64,000 nt of DNA from an uncultured bacterium. GTDB lineage: Bacteria > Zixibacteria > MSB-5A5 > JAABVY01 > JAHJOQ01. The stretch covers positions 19,186 to 83,185 of the forward strand of contig CBDUQR010000006.1 of assembly GCA_965369655.1 (NCBI GenBank), written 5' to 3'. The position numbers were made by a program, and so were the translations under genes. Positions 37,132 through 46,837 of the stretch are shown here, one piece after another (position 1 is the first letter of the stretch; every line of letters starts with the position of its first letter). A model generated the notes under the pieces. That model did no database searches and was not told where the DNA came from. It saw only the letters and a program-made list of their open reading frames with translations.

Positions 37132-38952
37132 TCATTGGAGAAGCCATGGCGCTATGCGGCGTATCTCGAATGTCATCGCCCGCTGACCAGTCGTATTCTC
37201 GGTCTGTATATAGTATCGCATTAGCGCCAACCTCGCCTCGAGATGATTCGGACTCATCGACCGGGCATGCTCATAGAACTCCAGAGCCTTGTTCTGATCA
37301 CCCAGTTTATTGTAACATACTCCGCGAAAATGTTCGATCAAAGCGAGATCGCCGTCGCAAAGCTCAGAAGCCCTGGCAAAATGTTCGAGGGCAAGTTCCA
37401 GTTTCCCGCTGCTGAGCATGTTCAGCCCGTCATACCATTCATCTGCCAGTTCAGTTGTAGGTAGTTTAATGTTCGGTTCAGAAAAATCGCCGTATTTCTT
37501 CCAGACAACCTTGAGCTTATTTCCGGAAATGAAACCGATCGTAGAATAGTTGCGTCTGAATTGAGAATTGAGAACCAACGCTCTCTCGGCAGGCGCAGAT
37601 GGTTTGTGACCGGTCGAGAAAAGCACATAGTCGGGCTTCAATTCGAGCAGATATGCAGTGTTGAAATTCCGTTCCTTCCACGTCGTCTGCATTCCCTCGA
37701 TATGCTCCGGGTGCTTGGCTATCTCACGGTCGGTCAAGCCGAGCATGTCTATCACCTTGTGGTCTTTTAATACATGAGACACCTTGCCGATCGTGGTCGT
37801 CGCAACCGAGAAATCGCTCTTGTCGATCTTCTTCAGGTTCTCAGCGACAGTTGTCATCTTGATAGAGAAATTCCTCTCGAGGTATCGCGTCTGATCGATA
37901 TAGGAGTATGGTATTTTCAGGCTCCATGCGACATAGACCAGACAGACCAGCATCAGAGCCGCCGGCACAACTCGACGTTTGCCATAGTCCCGAAGCAATT
38001 GCGAGATCATAAATGCGGCGATAAGGAACATCGTGGTCAGAACGGGCAGGAAGAACCGATGCACCTTGAGCACGTCACCGCCGACCAAAATGATGTACAG
38101 CGTGAAGATGATCGATGTCAGCCAGAATAGCTTGACGCTGTGCGGCAACCTCCTGATGTGCAGAATCGGCATCAGGAAAAACAGGCCGAAAAGTCCATAG
38201 TGATATGCGAACTTCCCGAAATACTCGATTCCGCTTCCGATGTACTCAACAGACATCCCCGTCTTCGCGTAGAAAGGATTTGGAAGCAGATCACCGAAAT
38301 AGACAAGCTTAAACGCGAGGTACGGGAGAAGAAGCCCCACATAGCTTGCGGCATAAACCGCAAGCGACTTCATCCCGGGTCTGGTTATGAGCAACCTGTA
38401 AATAAATATGATCCCGAACAGCAGCCCGCCTTCCGGCCTCGTTAGTGTCGTGACTATGAGCACGAACGGCGTCAGGGCAGGCTTTCGCAACTCGGTGTAG
38501 AGCGTCAGAGAGACAAGAAACACGAACATGCCGGTTTCGAGGCCACCGATCACCCAGTAGCAAAGAGCGCCATTCGCAGCGAGAAACAGTGGAGCGATCA
38601 TCGAGACAAGCCACCGCTTTCTGTCAGAGAATTCTCTCCCCATCAGGTATGCCAGCACAACCACACCGGCGCCGAATACAACTCCAAGAACCTTTGAGAC
38701 CGCGATAATCGGGAGACCCACAAGCGTCGCAAGCGAGAGCAGCATAATCCAGAGGAAATTCGTGTAACCCTCTACCCGCTCGCCAATGTTGAATACCAGC
38801 CCGTGACCATCGACAAAGTTCTCGACATAGCGATACGATATGTAAGCGTCATCCTGTGTGAAATCGAGCGATATCGAATGAAACACGAATGCCGCGAGGA
38901 TGAGAAAGAGCAGCACACCCTCTTTGATGTTCAATCTTCGCGGATTAGTCAT
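37132..38952 (-). CDS. Polytopic GT-C-like membrane glycosyltransferase with C-terminal TPR
   Basis: TQDDAYISYRY..N...G.GLVFN.GERVEGYTN; GLET; RPEG; LPNPFYAK; DMLGL; many transmembrane segments. Confidence 0.8.
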   Translation of the reverse strand: MTNPRRLNIKEGVLLFLILAAFVFHSISLDFTQDDAYISYRYVENFVDGHGLVFNIGERVEGYTNFLWIMLLSLATLVGLPIIAVSKVLGVVFGAGVVVLAYLMGREFSDRKRWLVSMIAPLFLAANGALCYWVIGGLETGMFVFLVSLTLYTELRKPALTPFVLIVTTLTRPEGGLLFGIIFIYRLLITRPGMKSLAVYAASYVGLLLPYLAFKLVYFGDLLPNPFYAKTGMSVEYIGSGIEYFGKFAYHYGLFGLFFLMPILHIRRLPHSVKLFWLTSIIFTLYIILVGGDVLKVHRFFLPVLTTMFLIAAFMISQLLRDYGKRRVVPAALMLVCLVYVAWSLKIPYSYIDQTRYLERNFSIKMTTVAENLKKIDKSDFSVATTTIGKVSHVLKDHKVIDMLGLTDREIAKHPEHIEGMQTTWKERNFNTAYLLELKPDYVLFSTGHKPSAPAERALVLNSQFRRNYSTIGFISGNKLKVVWKKYGDFSEPNIKLPTTELADEWYDGLNMLSSGKLELALEHFARASELCDGDLALIEHFRGVCYNKLGDQNKALEFYEHARSMSPNHLEARLALMRYYIQTENTTGQRAMTFEIRRIAPWLLQ

Positions 38953-39008
38953 GTCTCGAAGATAAGAACTCGAACGAAGTTTTCAACTACAATTACGGAC
39001 TGAATCCG

Positions 39009-40040
39009 TCAAACTCTGGCATTCTCGATACTTGTGACCGCGTCGATGTTGATTTCATTGAGATAATCGGCGGCGGCCTCAGGCGGAGTCGGATTGATGT
39101 AGAAACCGGTTCCCCACTCGAAACCTGCAATCCGGGTCAGCTTCGGAAAGAGTTCAACATGCCAGTGATACTCTTTGTCGTGTCCTTCCGTAAGAGCGCC
39201 GGTGTGGATAATGTAGTTAAACGGCGGATCATTGAGCGCAATCCTGAACTTCAGCAGGATCTCTTTGAGAATCGAGGCGAATGCCGCGCATTCTTTATCC
39301 TTCGCCCTGTCGAAATGAGTCGAGTGACGTTTCGGCAGTATCCATGTCTCGAACGGGAAACGAGCCGCGAACGGTTCGATGGCAACCATCTCTTCGTTCT
39401 GCGCGACAACTCTGATGCCCTGCGACAACTCCTGATGAATGATGTCGCAGAAAACACACCGTTCCTTGTAGTCGTAATAGAGCTTGGAACCCTTGATCTC
39501 TTCGAGGACTCGCTTCGGTATCACAGGCGTAGCGATCAACTGGCTGTGAGCATGCTCGAGCGACGCTCCCGCAGCCTCACCCTGATTCTTGAAAATCATG
39601 ACATATCGAAAGCGCATGTCCTTTCTTAAATCTATCATACGTATACGATACGCATCGATGACCATCTCGATTTCCTGCACCGGAAGATCGGCAAGATCGA
39701 GATGATGATGCGGCGTTTCGATGATTACCTCGTGAGCGCCGACGCCGTTCATTTTATCGAACATCCCCTCGCCCTCTCGATTCAATTCTCCTTCGATCTT
39801 GAGGGCTGGGTACTTATTCGATATCACCCGCAGGGTCCAGCCGGGCGAATTCGGCTTGGAATTATCGGGACGGACCGCAAATACTTCAGGTGGAGTAAGA
39901 TCCTCCGAACCGGGGCAAAACGGACACAACTTCGGATCGCGCGTCTTTGGACGTGCCGGGAAATCGGATGGCCTCTTGCCGCGTTCGGTCGATACAATTA
40001 CCCATCTTCCAAGCACCGGATCTTTTCTCAGTTCTGGCAT
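39009..40040 (-). CDS. galT: Galactose-1-phosphate uridylyltransferase
   Basis: ELRKDP, CPFCPG, NKYPAL, GAHEVIIE and GASLEHAHSQ motifs. Confidence 0.95.
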   Translation of the reverse strand: MPELRKDPVLGRWVIVSTERGKRPSDFPARPKTRDPKLCPFCPGSEDLTPPEVFAVRPDNSKPNSPGWTLRVISNKYPALKIEGELNREGEGMFDKMNGVGAHEVIIETPHHHLDLADLPVQEIEMVIDAYRIRMIDLRKDMRFRYVMIFKNQGEAAGASLEHAHSQLIATPVIPKRVLEEIKGSKLYYDYKERCVFCDIIHQELSQGIRVVAQNEEMVAIEPFAARFPFETWILPKRHSTHFDRAKDKECAAFASILKEILLKFRIALNDPPFNYIIHTGALTEGHDKEYHWHVELFPKLTRIAGFEWGTGFYINPTPPEAAADYLNEINIDAVTSIENARV

Positions 40041-40159
40041 CTCTTGCTCCCATTACCCTGTGATGTCGTCAGTCCCGATCCCATCGGTCGCTCTGCCGCC
40101 ATGTGACTTTGTCCGTCACTCTGATTCTTATCGTCCCGATTGCGCATTGTCTAAACAGC

Positions 40160-41458
40160 CTATTCCTTCACATTCGTGACAATAGTCCCTCTCGGTCTCG
40201 AACTCTCCTCGAAGATATGCTCGAAGACTTTCTCATCCAACTCGGTGAATTCTATTCCACGCCGCTCCATGACCACCCTCGCGGTCGCGATTGCTTTGTC
40301 CAGTCGATACTCGGCATAGCCGCCCGTATTGCCCCAGCAGAAGGGCGGAACGTACTTGTCGACAGTAAGACCGGCGCCGATGATGTTTGTCGCGAAACCG
40401 ATCGTGATACCCGTGTTGAGCATCGTCCCGATGCCGGTCTTCACATGGTCGCCGACAAACGACCCGACCTTGACCATCCCTGTATCGACCTGACCATACC
40501 CGGTATCGACCTTAATCGTGCCGTAGTTGTTTTTCAGGTCCGAGTTCGTTGTCATGGCGCCAAGGTTGACCCACTCTCCGAGATACGCATGGCCGAGAAA
40601 TCCGTCGTGGAACTTGTTCGAGTATCCAAGGATTATCGACTCCTCGACCTCGCCGCCGACCTTGCAGAGCGGTCCGATGGAACACCCTTCACGAATCTTA
40701 CCGCCGACCAGTATCGTCTTCTCGCCGATATAACACGGCCCCTCGATCCTCGTGTGCGGCTCGACTATTACTCCGGAGTCCAGATAGACAGGACCGCCAC
40801 GGGCGTCGATGACAACCTGACCATCGATCCGCACACCCCCTGCAATCCTGACTCGTTCGGGGGCATGGATCATGCAGCGATCATCTACTACAGCATCGGG
40901 AGAGACAAGTCCGCCGGTGATCTCAGAGGTCAGTCGTTCATAATCCTTCGTTATCTGCTCCGGATTCAACTCGATGAAATCCCAAATGTGCCGAACCTTT
41001 CGTGCGCTGATTTCATCCTTCGGCAGATTCTTGATTATCTCTTTGAAATGGCCGTAGCCCCAGTATTTCAACTTTTCCAGATTCGCCGCTTCGTTCGTGC
41101 GAGGCTCAACCATCGCGGCAACGAGAGCGCCATCATCCAGAAGAAGACCCGAATGATCCATAGATGAGAGCTTGTCGATGAGTTCTCTGTCGGCGAGATA
41201 CCGGCCATTTACGAATATCGCTCCGCCATCAGACACTCCCGAAAAAGAATTGCATACGACGCCTGTCCTCTGCGCAGTAAGTTCTGCAAGATGCCCGCGA
41301 ATGAGTAATCGAAGTTCACGCTGTGATGCCAGACCGCTCCATTTCTCATACAGGAGATCGATGCCGAGCCTGAGCTGGTAAACCGCGCGATTGGCTGTGA
41401 GCGGATAGAACCTCTCGTAGTCGTCATCCTCGAATATGTAGAAATACCTGATATTCAC
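40160..41458 (-). CDS. GlmU-related sugar nucleotidyltransferase/hexapeptide-repeat protein
   Basis: FED....FYPLT..R....LRLG N-terminus; left-handed beta-helix repeats; NKFHDGFLGHAYLGEWVNLGA.T.NSDLKNNY. Confidence 0.85.
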   Translation of the reverse strand: MNIRYFYIFEDDDYERFYPLTANRAVYQLRLGIDLLYEKWSGLASQRELRLLIRGHLAELTAQRTGVVCNSFSGVSDGGAIFVNGRYLADRELIDKLSSMDHSGLLLDDGALVAAMVEPRTNEAANLEKLKYWGYGHFKEIIKNLPKDEISARKVRHIWDFIELNPEQITKDYERLTSEITGGLVSPDAVVDDRCMIHAPERVRIAGGVRIDGQVVIDARGGPVYLDSGVIVEPHTRIEGPCYIGEKTILVGGKIREGCSIGPLCKVGGEVEESIILGYSNKFHDGFLGHAYLGEWVNLGAMTTNSDLKNNYGTIKVDTGYGQVDTGMVKVGSFVGDHVKTGIGTMLNTGITIGFATNIIGAGLTVDKYVPPFCWGNTGGYAEYRLDKAIATARVVMERRGIEFTELDEKVFEHIFEESSRPRGTIVTNVKE

Positions 41459-41536
41459 TCGGCATTCTCCAGATCAGATCATCGCATGAAACCGCATAGG
41501 CGCAAACCTGCCGCTATCTGTTCAACTCGGCCTGAT

Positions 41537-43018
41537 TCAGATTATCCTGAAGTAGTCAATAAGACTGCAACGGCGCGGACGAGTGAATGTGGAAGCCCTG
41601 GTGACCCCCTCCCCCGTCGTCCCGGCGATTGTCATCGAGGTATATCCCTCTCCGCCGAAACCGAGTCCCGCGTAGTTCGGACCGTTCTTGACGAGAATAT
41701 TCCCGCCGCAAATCTGAGCCATCTTCGAGAGATTGGGAAGACTGGTAGAGTGCATGACGAATGTATGATGAAACTGATGTTCTACTATCACCGCTTTCTC
41801 CATGGCTTCATCGACCGTCCTGCACTGTACGATCGGCAGCACGGGCATCATCTGCTCGGCCATTACCAGTGGATGATCCCATTCCGCCTCGAAGAAGAGC
41901 ACTTTCACACCCGCGGGCGGCTTGATATCGAGATGCTCCAGGATTACTGACGCATCCTTGCCGATGAACTCCCGGTTGACGGCTACATGACGCAGCCCGT
42001 TGCCTTTCCTGTCCTCGGCGACGAGCAATTTCACCGCCCTGTCGATCTCGGTTCCGCGAAGTTCATATCCTCCGCAATTCGCCATTTCCCGCCTCAGTCC
42101 GCTCGCCACTGAATCGACCACAAAAACTTCCTTCTCGTCGGTGCACATGATGTTGTTATCGAATGAGGAACCGTCAACGATGTGGCGGGCTGTATTCGGT
42201 ATGATAGCGGTCTCATCGACGACCACAGGCGGATTTCCCGGACCTGCACAGATCGCCCGCTTGCCCGATGTCAGGCCAAGATTCACGACCGCGCCGCCAC
42301 CGGTTATCACGAGTATATCGATGTCGGGATGGTGCATAAGGTCTCGCGCGGTCTCCTGTGTCGGATTATCGAGAACTTTGATCACACCTTCCGGCCCACC
42401 CGCCCCCGCAATAGCGCTCGAAAGCAAGTCCGCAGTCCTCAGGCAAACATTCTTAGCAGCGGGATGAACGCAGAATACGGACGCATTGCCGGATGAGATC
42501 ATCGAAATCGAATTATTGACCACAGTACCTACAGGATTCGTGGAGGGTGTGATAACGCCGATCACGCCGAATGGTGCGGGTTCGACAAGCGTCAGACCGC
42601 AGTCGCCCGAATACGAATACGGGACAAGGTCCTCGACTCCCGGAGTCTTACGCGCCTGTAATTCGATCTTCAATTTCTTGTCATGTGCTTTCCCCATGCC
42701 GGTCTCGGCTGCAGCGTCATTCGCAAGCGATTCAGCATGCTGCAGGATGATCGACCTCATCGCAGCGACAAGTTCTTTTCGCTTCTCGACACCGAGATCG
42801 ACGAGTCTACGCTGCGCGATTCTCGCCTCCGCAGTCGCCTGATCAATTGTAGGAGAAGCTGCTTCATAACCTGAGGACGAGAATTCTATCGGTCGAGTGA
42901 AACCGGTTGGTCCTTCAGTCTCTGGACTCGCCGATTGAGTAGAGACCGGAGCAGAACTAACCCCCAGTTCCCTGAGTACTTCCTGTACTATTCGTTCTAC
43001 TTGATACTGGTCAGCCAT
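41537..43018 (-). CDS. CoA-acylating aldehyde dehydrogenase (EutE/PduP-like) with N-terminal encapsulation peptide
   Basis: PFGVIGVITPSTNP, TGGGAVV, AGPGNPP, SFDNNIMCTDEKE, EQMMP and TGEG motifs; N-terminal VERIVQEVLRELG. Confidence 0.93.
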   Translation of the reverse strand: MADQYQVERIVQEVLRELGVSSAPVSTQSASPETEGPTGFTRPIEFSSSGYEAASPTIDQATAEARIAQRRLVDLGVEKRKELVAAMRSIILQHAESLANDAAAETGMGKAHDKKLKIELQARKTPGVEDLVPYSYSGDCGLTLVEPAPFGVIGVITPSTNPVGTVVNNSISMISSGNASVFCVHPAAKNVCLRTADLLSSAIAGAGGPEGVIKVLDNPTQETARDLMHHPDIDILVITGGGAVVNLGLTSGKRAICAGPGNPPVVVDETAIIPNTARHIVDGSSFDNNIMCTDEKEVFVVDSVASGLRREMANCGGYELRGTEIDRAVKLLVAEDRKGNGLRHVAVNREFIGKDASVILEHLDIKPPAGVKVLFFEAEWDHPLVMAEQMMPVLPIVQCRTVDEAMEKAVIVEHQFHHTFVMHSTSLPNLSKMAQICGGNILVKNGPNYAGLGFGGEGYTSMTIAGTTGEGVTRASTFTRPRRCSLIDYFRII

Positions 43019-43134
43019 ATCTCAATTATTCCATCAAATTTCAAGGCAAAATGTATGGAATACGGCGTGTGCCTGCAAGCAAAATATGCTGCCTCGGCAA
43101 ATACGGTCAGCGCAGATTTAGCGCGCTCGCGCTC

Positions 43135-43195
43135 CCGTGCCCGCAGGAGCTGTGCTCCTGCGCATTTCGTCGGGGCACAGCCCCGACGAGCACGG
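43135..43195. repeat. REP-like doublet with GTGC ends
   Basis: CCGTGC-CCGCAGGAGC TGT GCTCCTGCG ... CGTCGGGGC ACA GCCCCGACG-AGCACGG: two inverted hairpins. Confidence 0.75.
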
Positions 43196-43228
43196 ACGGT
43201 TTCCTACTGGCATTACAAGAGAGGCCGA

Positions 43229-43325
43229 TGTCATTGCGAGCGAAGCGAAGGGATCCAGCTCTTGTAGCTCACGTCCACTTGCTCTGTCCTGAGTCTGACG
43301 AAGTGGGGACGTGAGGATTACCTAC
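43229..43325. repeat. Palindromic-element mosaic: GTCATTGCGAGCGAAGCGAAG half-element plus a GTAG REP
   Basis: GTAG-CTCACGTCC...GGACGTGAG. Its loop CTGTCCTGAG.CTG.CGAAG is shared with the 57605 element. Confidence 0.65.
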
Positions 43326-43389
43326 AATCTTCAATCTGTCGAGCGTTTTATCGGCAAGTTAATGTACGATTGGATCGGGATCGGACGGA

Positions 43390-43707
43390 TCAGTCATCAA
43401 ACAGTTGATCCCAAGTTTTTTTCCTGTCCTCGGGAGTTTTCGGAATATTGGGTTTCTTCAGCAGATGAAGGAATCTCGGCCGATGATATTCACAGAAATT
43501 CGCCTTCTCTTTATAACGGACCCATTCTGCGACGGTCGATTCGTTACACCTGTGAAACGCATCCTTGTTGTAGTGGAGGCAATTGAAGCAACACTTGAGC
43601 GGAGCTTCACAATTGGGACACTCGTCCTGCCGGGTGAGTTTCTCCGCGACTTCGATCTCTTCCTTGCAACTCCAGCATATAATAATATTATCAGGCATAG
43701 TCGTCAC
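43390..43707 (-). CDS. Small Cys-rich, putative metal-binding protein
   Basis: CWSC, CPNC, CCFNC, C...FC and a C-terminal WDQLF; co-oriented between the BMC-H and aldehyde dehydrogenase genes. Confidence 0.75.
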   Translation of the reverse strand: MTTMPDNIIICWSCKEEIEVAEKLTRQDECPNCEAPLKCCFNCLHYNKDAFHRCNESTVAEWVRYKEKANFCEYHRPRFLHLLKKPNIPKTPEDRKKTWDQLFDD

Positions 43708-43874
43708 TCTGGCGAATTACAATACAGTCCGGACCTTTCGATCAGCATTCACACCTGATGCTGACCCAGGCAAATCGCAGCGAATCGGATATTACAATCT
43801 GAATGATAGCTGCCCAATATTGGCCAGCCTGCACAATATCAGCTACGGTCACTCGATATGAGCTCCCGTTCTAA

Positions 43875-44168
43875 CTAATCCTCAGTCAATTCCCCTGGCA
43901 GTTTTGTCGGGAATATGTCGTGCACGTTACTATGTGGACGCGGAATCACATGCACACTGATCAACTCACCGATTTTTTGAGCGGCAGCAGCGCCAGCATC
44001 GGTAGCAGCCTTGCAAGCTGCGACATCACCTCGGATAAGTGCGGTGCAATACCCACCGCCGATCTTCTCATAGCCGACAAGAATCACTTTGGCCGCTTTA
44101 ACCATCGCATCGGAAGCTTCAATCAAGGGCACCAAGCCTTTAGTTTCAATCATACCTAAAGCTTCCAT
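43875..44168 (-). CDS. Bacterial microcompartment hexameric shell protein (BMC-H, EutM/PduA-like)
   Basis: [10 protein letters not shown]...[11 protein letters not shown]...IGGG...RGDVAA...HVIPRPH; AAGGAGG lies 7 nt before the ATG at 44168. Confidence 0.97.
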   Translation of the reverse strand: MEALGMIETKGLVPLIEASDAMVKAAKVILVGYEKIGGGYCTALIRGDVAACKAATDAGAAAAQKIGELISVHVIPRPHSNVHDIFPTKLPGELTED

Positions 44169-44206
44169 CCACATTCCTCCTTAGAGACCTATAATGTTTT
44201 CGTACC

Positions 44207-44235
44207 ATTGTAGCTGGAGCCGCGATTTATGTCAA
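44207..44235 (-). promoter_or_regulatory. Sigma70-type promoter of the BMC-H gene
   Basis: TTGACA-17 nt-TACAAT. Confidence 0.8.
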
Positions 44236-44243
44236 ATAAAATC

Positions 44244-44924
44244 TTAGATAAATTTGTCGCGCGCAATGATTTTCGAGAGATACAGAAACGGAGTATCGCA
44301 CAGAGCTACTATCAGTTTCAGCAGATATGTCGTCACAACGATCTGCACGAGAATGTCGGTCTCGAACACGCCTGCGAATGCAATCAATGAAAAAACGACA
44401 GAATCTATCAACTGGCTGACCAGCGTCGAAGCATTATTGCGAAGCCAGAGGAATCGACCTCTGGTCTTGTTCTTCCAGAACTTGAACGCCCAGATATCAT
44501 GATGCTGACTCAGCAGGTAGGCGATCAGACTCGCGACTACCACGCGCGGCATCAGATGAAACAGCTCTGTGACATGCGTCAACATGAAGTCTGACTCATG
44601 GGGCATGAAATGGACCGCGAACTGCATGGCGATTGTCGCCCACACAAGCGAGAAGAAACCAAGCCATACGCCTTTTCTGGCGGCATACGCGCCGAAATGC
44701 TCCGAGAGAATATCGGTCGCGAGGAATATCGTCGCGTAGACGACGTTACCGAGAGTCGCCACCATCCCGAACAGCTCGACCGTGACGACCACCTGGATGT
44801 TGCAGATTATCCCCGAACACGCTATCAGAGCATACAGTCCGGTTCGTCCAAACAGACGAAACACGAGCAGCACAACCGAGAGATTGAAAACAATGAATAT
44901 CAACCACAGAATCTCGTTAGCCAT
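44244..44924 (-). CDS. yhhQ: Queuosine precursor transporter (YhhQ/Vut_1 family)
   Basis: IFLATDILSE.FG, ASLIAYLLSQ..D, WLRNNAST.VSQLIDS and DTPFLY motifs. Confidence 0.92.
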   Translation of the reverse strand: MANEILWLIFIVFNLSVVLLVFRLFGRTGLYALIACSGIICNIQVVVTVELFGMVATLGNVVYATIFLATDILSEHFGAYAARKGVWLGFFSLVWATIAMQFAVHFMPHESDFMLTHVTELFHLMPRVVVASLIAYLLSQHHDIWAFKFWKNKTRGRFLWLRNNASTLVSQLIDSVVFSLIAFAGVFETDILVQIVVTTYLLKLIVALCDTPFLYLSKIIARDKFI

Positions 44925-45067
44925 TCGCCCTTCCTGATTTGAACGCATACAACCCGAACCAATTCAGCTTGTCAACCGAAAACTGCTGTTGCCATACAGC
45001 TCAGAAATCATTTGCCACAGATTTCGATATTTCTATATTAGCTACTTATGGTGGAAAGGGACCCGAA

Positions 45068-46354
45068 ATGAAAATACTTGTCGTGGGATCAGGCGGACGG
45101 GAGCACGCCATCTGCTCGGAGCTCTCACAGTCGAAACTGGTGAGCAAAATTTATTGTGCGCCGGGAAACGCCGGTATCGCATCGATAGGCGAATGCGTAC
45201 CGGTAAAAATTGACGACATCCCCGGCCTGGTCGACCTGGCACGGAAAGAGAAGATTGACCTGACCGTTGTAGGCCCGGAGCTTCCACTGACTGCAGGAAT
45301 AGTCGATGAGTTCGAGGCGAACGGACTCAGAATACTCGGACCGACCAAAGAAGCGTCGATGATAGAAGGATCGAAAGCGTTTGCAAAGGAATTCATGCGT
45401 AAGTACCACATCCCCACAGCGCCCTTCATGATATTCGACGACCGAGACGCAGCGATAGGATTCTGCAGAGAGACGAAATACCCTCTTGTCATCAAAGCCG
45501 ACGGTCTCGCTGCGGGCAAGGGCGCCGTTATAGTCGACAGTCTGGGTCGAGCGACCGAGACGATCGACAAGATGATGGTCGACAGAGTCTTCGGAGATGC
45601 TGGCAACAGGATTGTCATCGAGGACAAGCTTGAAGGCGAAGAGGTCACCGTGATGGCCTTCACCGATGGCGAGACAATCCTCCCCATGATGCCCTCGCAG
45701 GATCACAAGCCTGCGTACGACGGCGACCAGGGTCCCAACACGGGGGGAATGGGCGCGTATTGTCCGGTCCCCTTTATCACTGAAAACCTCATGACCGACA
45801 TCTACGATCTTGTGCTGGAACCGGCTGTCAGGGGTCTTAAGGCCGAGGGGCGCACATTCAAGGGAATCCTCTATGCGGGACTGATGGTCAACGAGAGAGG
45901 TCCGAAGGTCATAGAGTTCAACTGCAGGTTCGGTGATCCTGAGACTCAGGTAGTGCTGCCTTTGCTGCAGAACGATCTGGCGGAAATCTTCATCTCGATA
46001 GTCGACAATGACTTGTCGCTTGAAGAATTGCGGTGGAAAGATGCATATTCTGTCTGTGTAATCCTTGCTTCCGGCGGCTACCCACTCAGGTACGAGAAAG
46101 GCAAGCCCATCATGGGACTGCCAAAGAAAAGAATCGGACGATCATTCATCTTCCACGCCGGCACGAAAAGAATCGAGAACGAAATCCTGACTGATGGCGG
46201 TCGTGTACTCGGGGTGACATGCCTCGATGCGAATCTTCACGATGCCATCGCAGGCGCATATGAAATTGTCGAAGATATCCGTTTCGATGGCGCATTCTTC
46301 CGCAAGGATATCGGTCATCGGGCTACGCGTCGAAAGGGACGATTGACGTACTAA
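45068..46354 (+). CDS. purD: Phosphoribosylamine--glycine ligase
   Basis: MKILVVGSGGREHA, PGNAG, KADGLAAGKG, QDHK, GPNTGGMG and EFNCRFGDPE motifs. Confidence 0.98.
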   Translation: MKILVVGSGGREHAICSELSQSKLVSKIYCAPGNAGIASIGECVPVKIDDIPGLVDLARKEKIDLTVVGPELPLTAGIVDEFEANGLRILGPTKEASMIEGSKAFAKEFMRKYHIPTAPFMIFDDRDAAIGFCRETKYPLVIKADGLAAGKGAVIVDSLGRATETIDKMMVDRVFGDAGNRIVIEDKLEGEEVTVMAFTDGETILPMMPSQDHKPAYDGDQGPNTGGMGAYCPVPFITENLMTDIYDLVLEPAVRGLKAEGRTFKGILYAGLMVNERGPKVIEFNCRFGDPETQVVLPLLQNDLAEIFISIVDNDLSLEELRWKDAYSVCVILASGGYPLRYEKGKPIMGLPKKRIGRSFIFHAGTKRIENEILTDGGRVLGVTCLDANLHDAIAGAYEIVEDIRFDGAFFRKDIGHRATRRKGRLTY

Positions 46355-46364
46355 GGAACATTTT

Positions 46365-46826
46365 ATGGACAAAAGAGTATTATTAATGGCCGGTTCGAAG
46401 TCGGATGCGGAATACGTGAACCGGTGCGAGGAGTATCTTGAAAAGCTCGGCATAGGCTACGTCACCGAGTATAGTTCAGCCCACAGAGACCCGGACCGGA
46501 CATCGCAACTGGCCAGGGAGGCTGAATCAAGCGGTTACGAGGTAATAATATGTCTCGCAGGAATGTCGGCTGCGCTTCCGGGTGTGGTCGCGGCTCATAC
46601 GGCGCTCCCCGTTATCGGCGTGCCTCTCGATTCATCGGCATTAAACGGTATGGACGCTCTTCTGTCTATAGTACAAATGCCGCCTGGAATACCGGTCGCT
46701 ACAGTGGCTGTCGGCAAGCCGGGAGCCGCAAATGCTGCTATCCTGGCCGCGAGAATACTGTCGATCAAGTACGATGATATACGTGGAAATCTCGATAAGT
46801 ATCGGGAAAGCATAAAACAGAAGTAG
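46365..46826 (+). CDS. purE: N5-CAIR mutase
   Basis: GSKSD, SAHR, AGMSAALPG, PVIGVP and SIVQMPPGIPVATV motifs. Confidence 0.96.
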   Translation: MDKRVLLMAGSKSDAEYVNRCEEYLEKLGIGYVTEYSSAHRDPDRTSQLAREAESSGYEVIICLAGMSAALPGVVAAHTALPVIGVPLDSSALNGMDALLSIVQMPPGIPVATVAVGKPGAANAAILAARILSIKYDDIRGNLDKYRESIKQK

Positions 46827-46837
46827 AGGGTGACAGA

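Noticed and set aside
43285-43320. CTGACGA resembling a hammerhead ribozyme core
   Set aside because: No following stem II plus GAAA or cleavage triplet geometry; explained as a REP loop module.
44925-45067. preQ1 riboswitch upstream of yhhQ, or a purine-related riboswitch before purD
   Set aside because: No matching consensus seen in the short divergent intergenic region.
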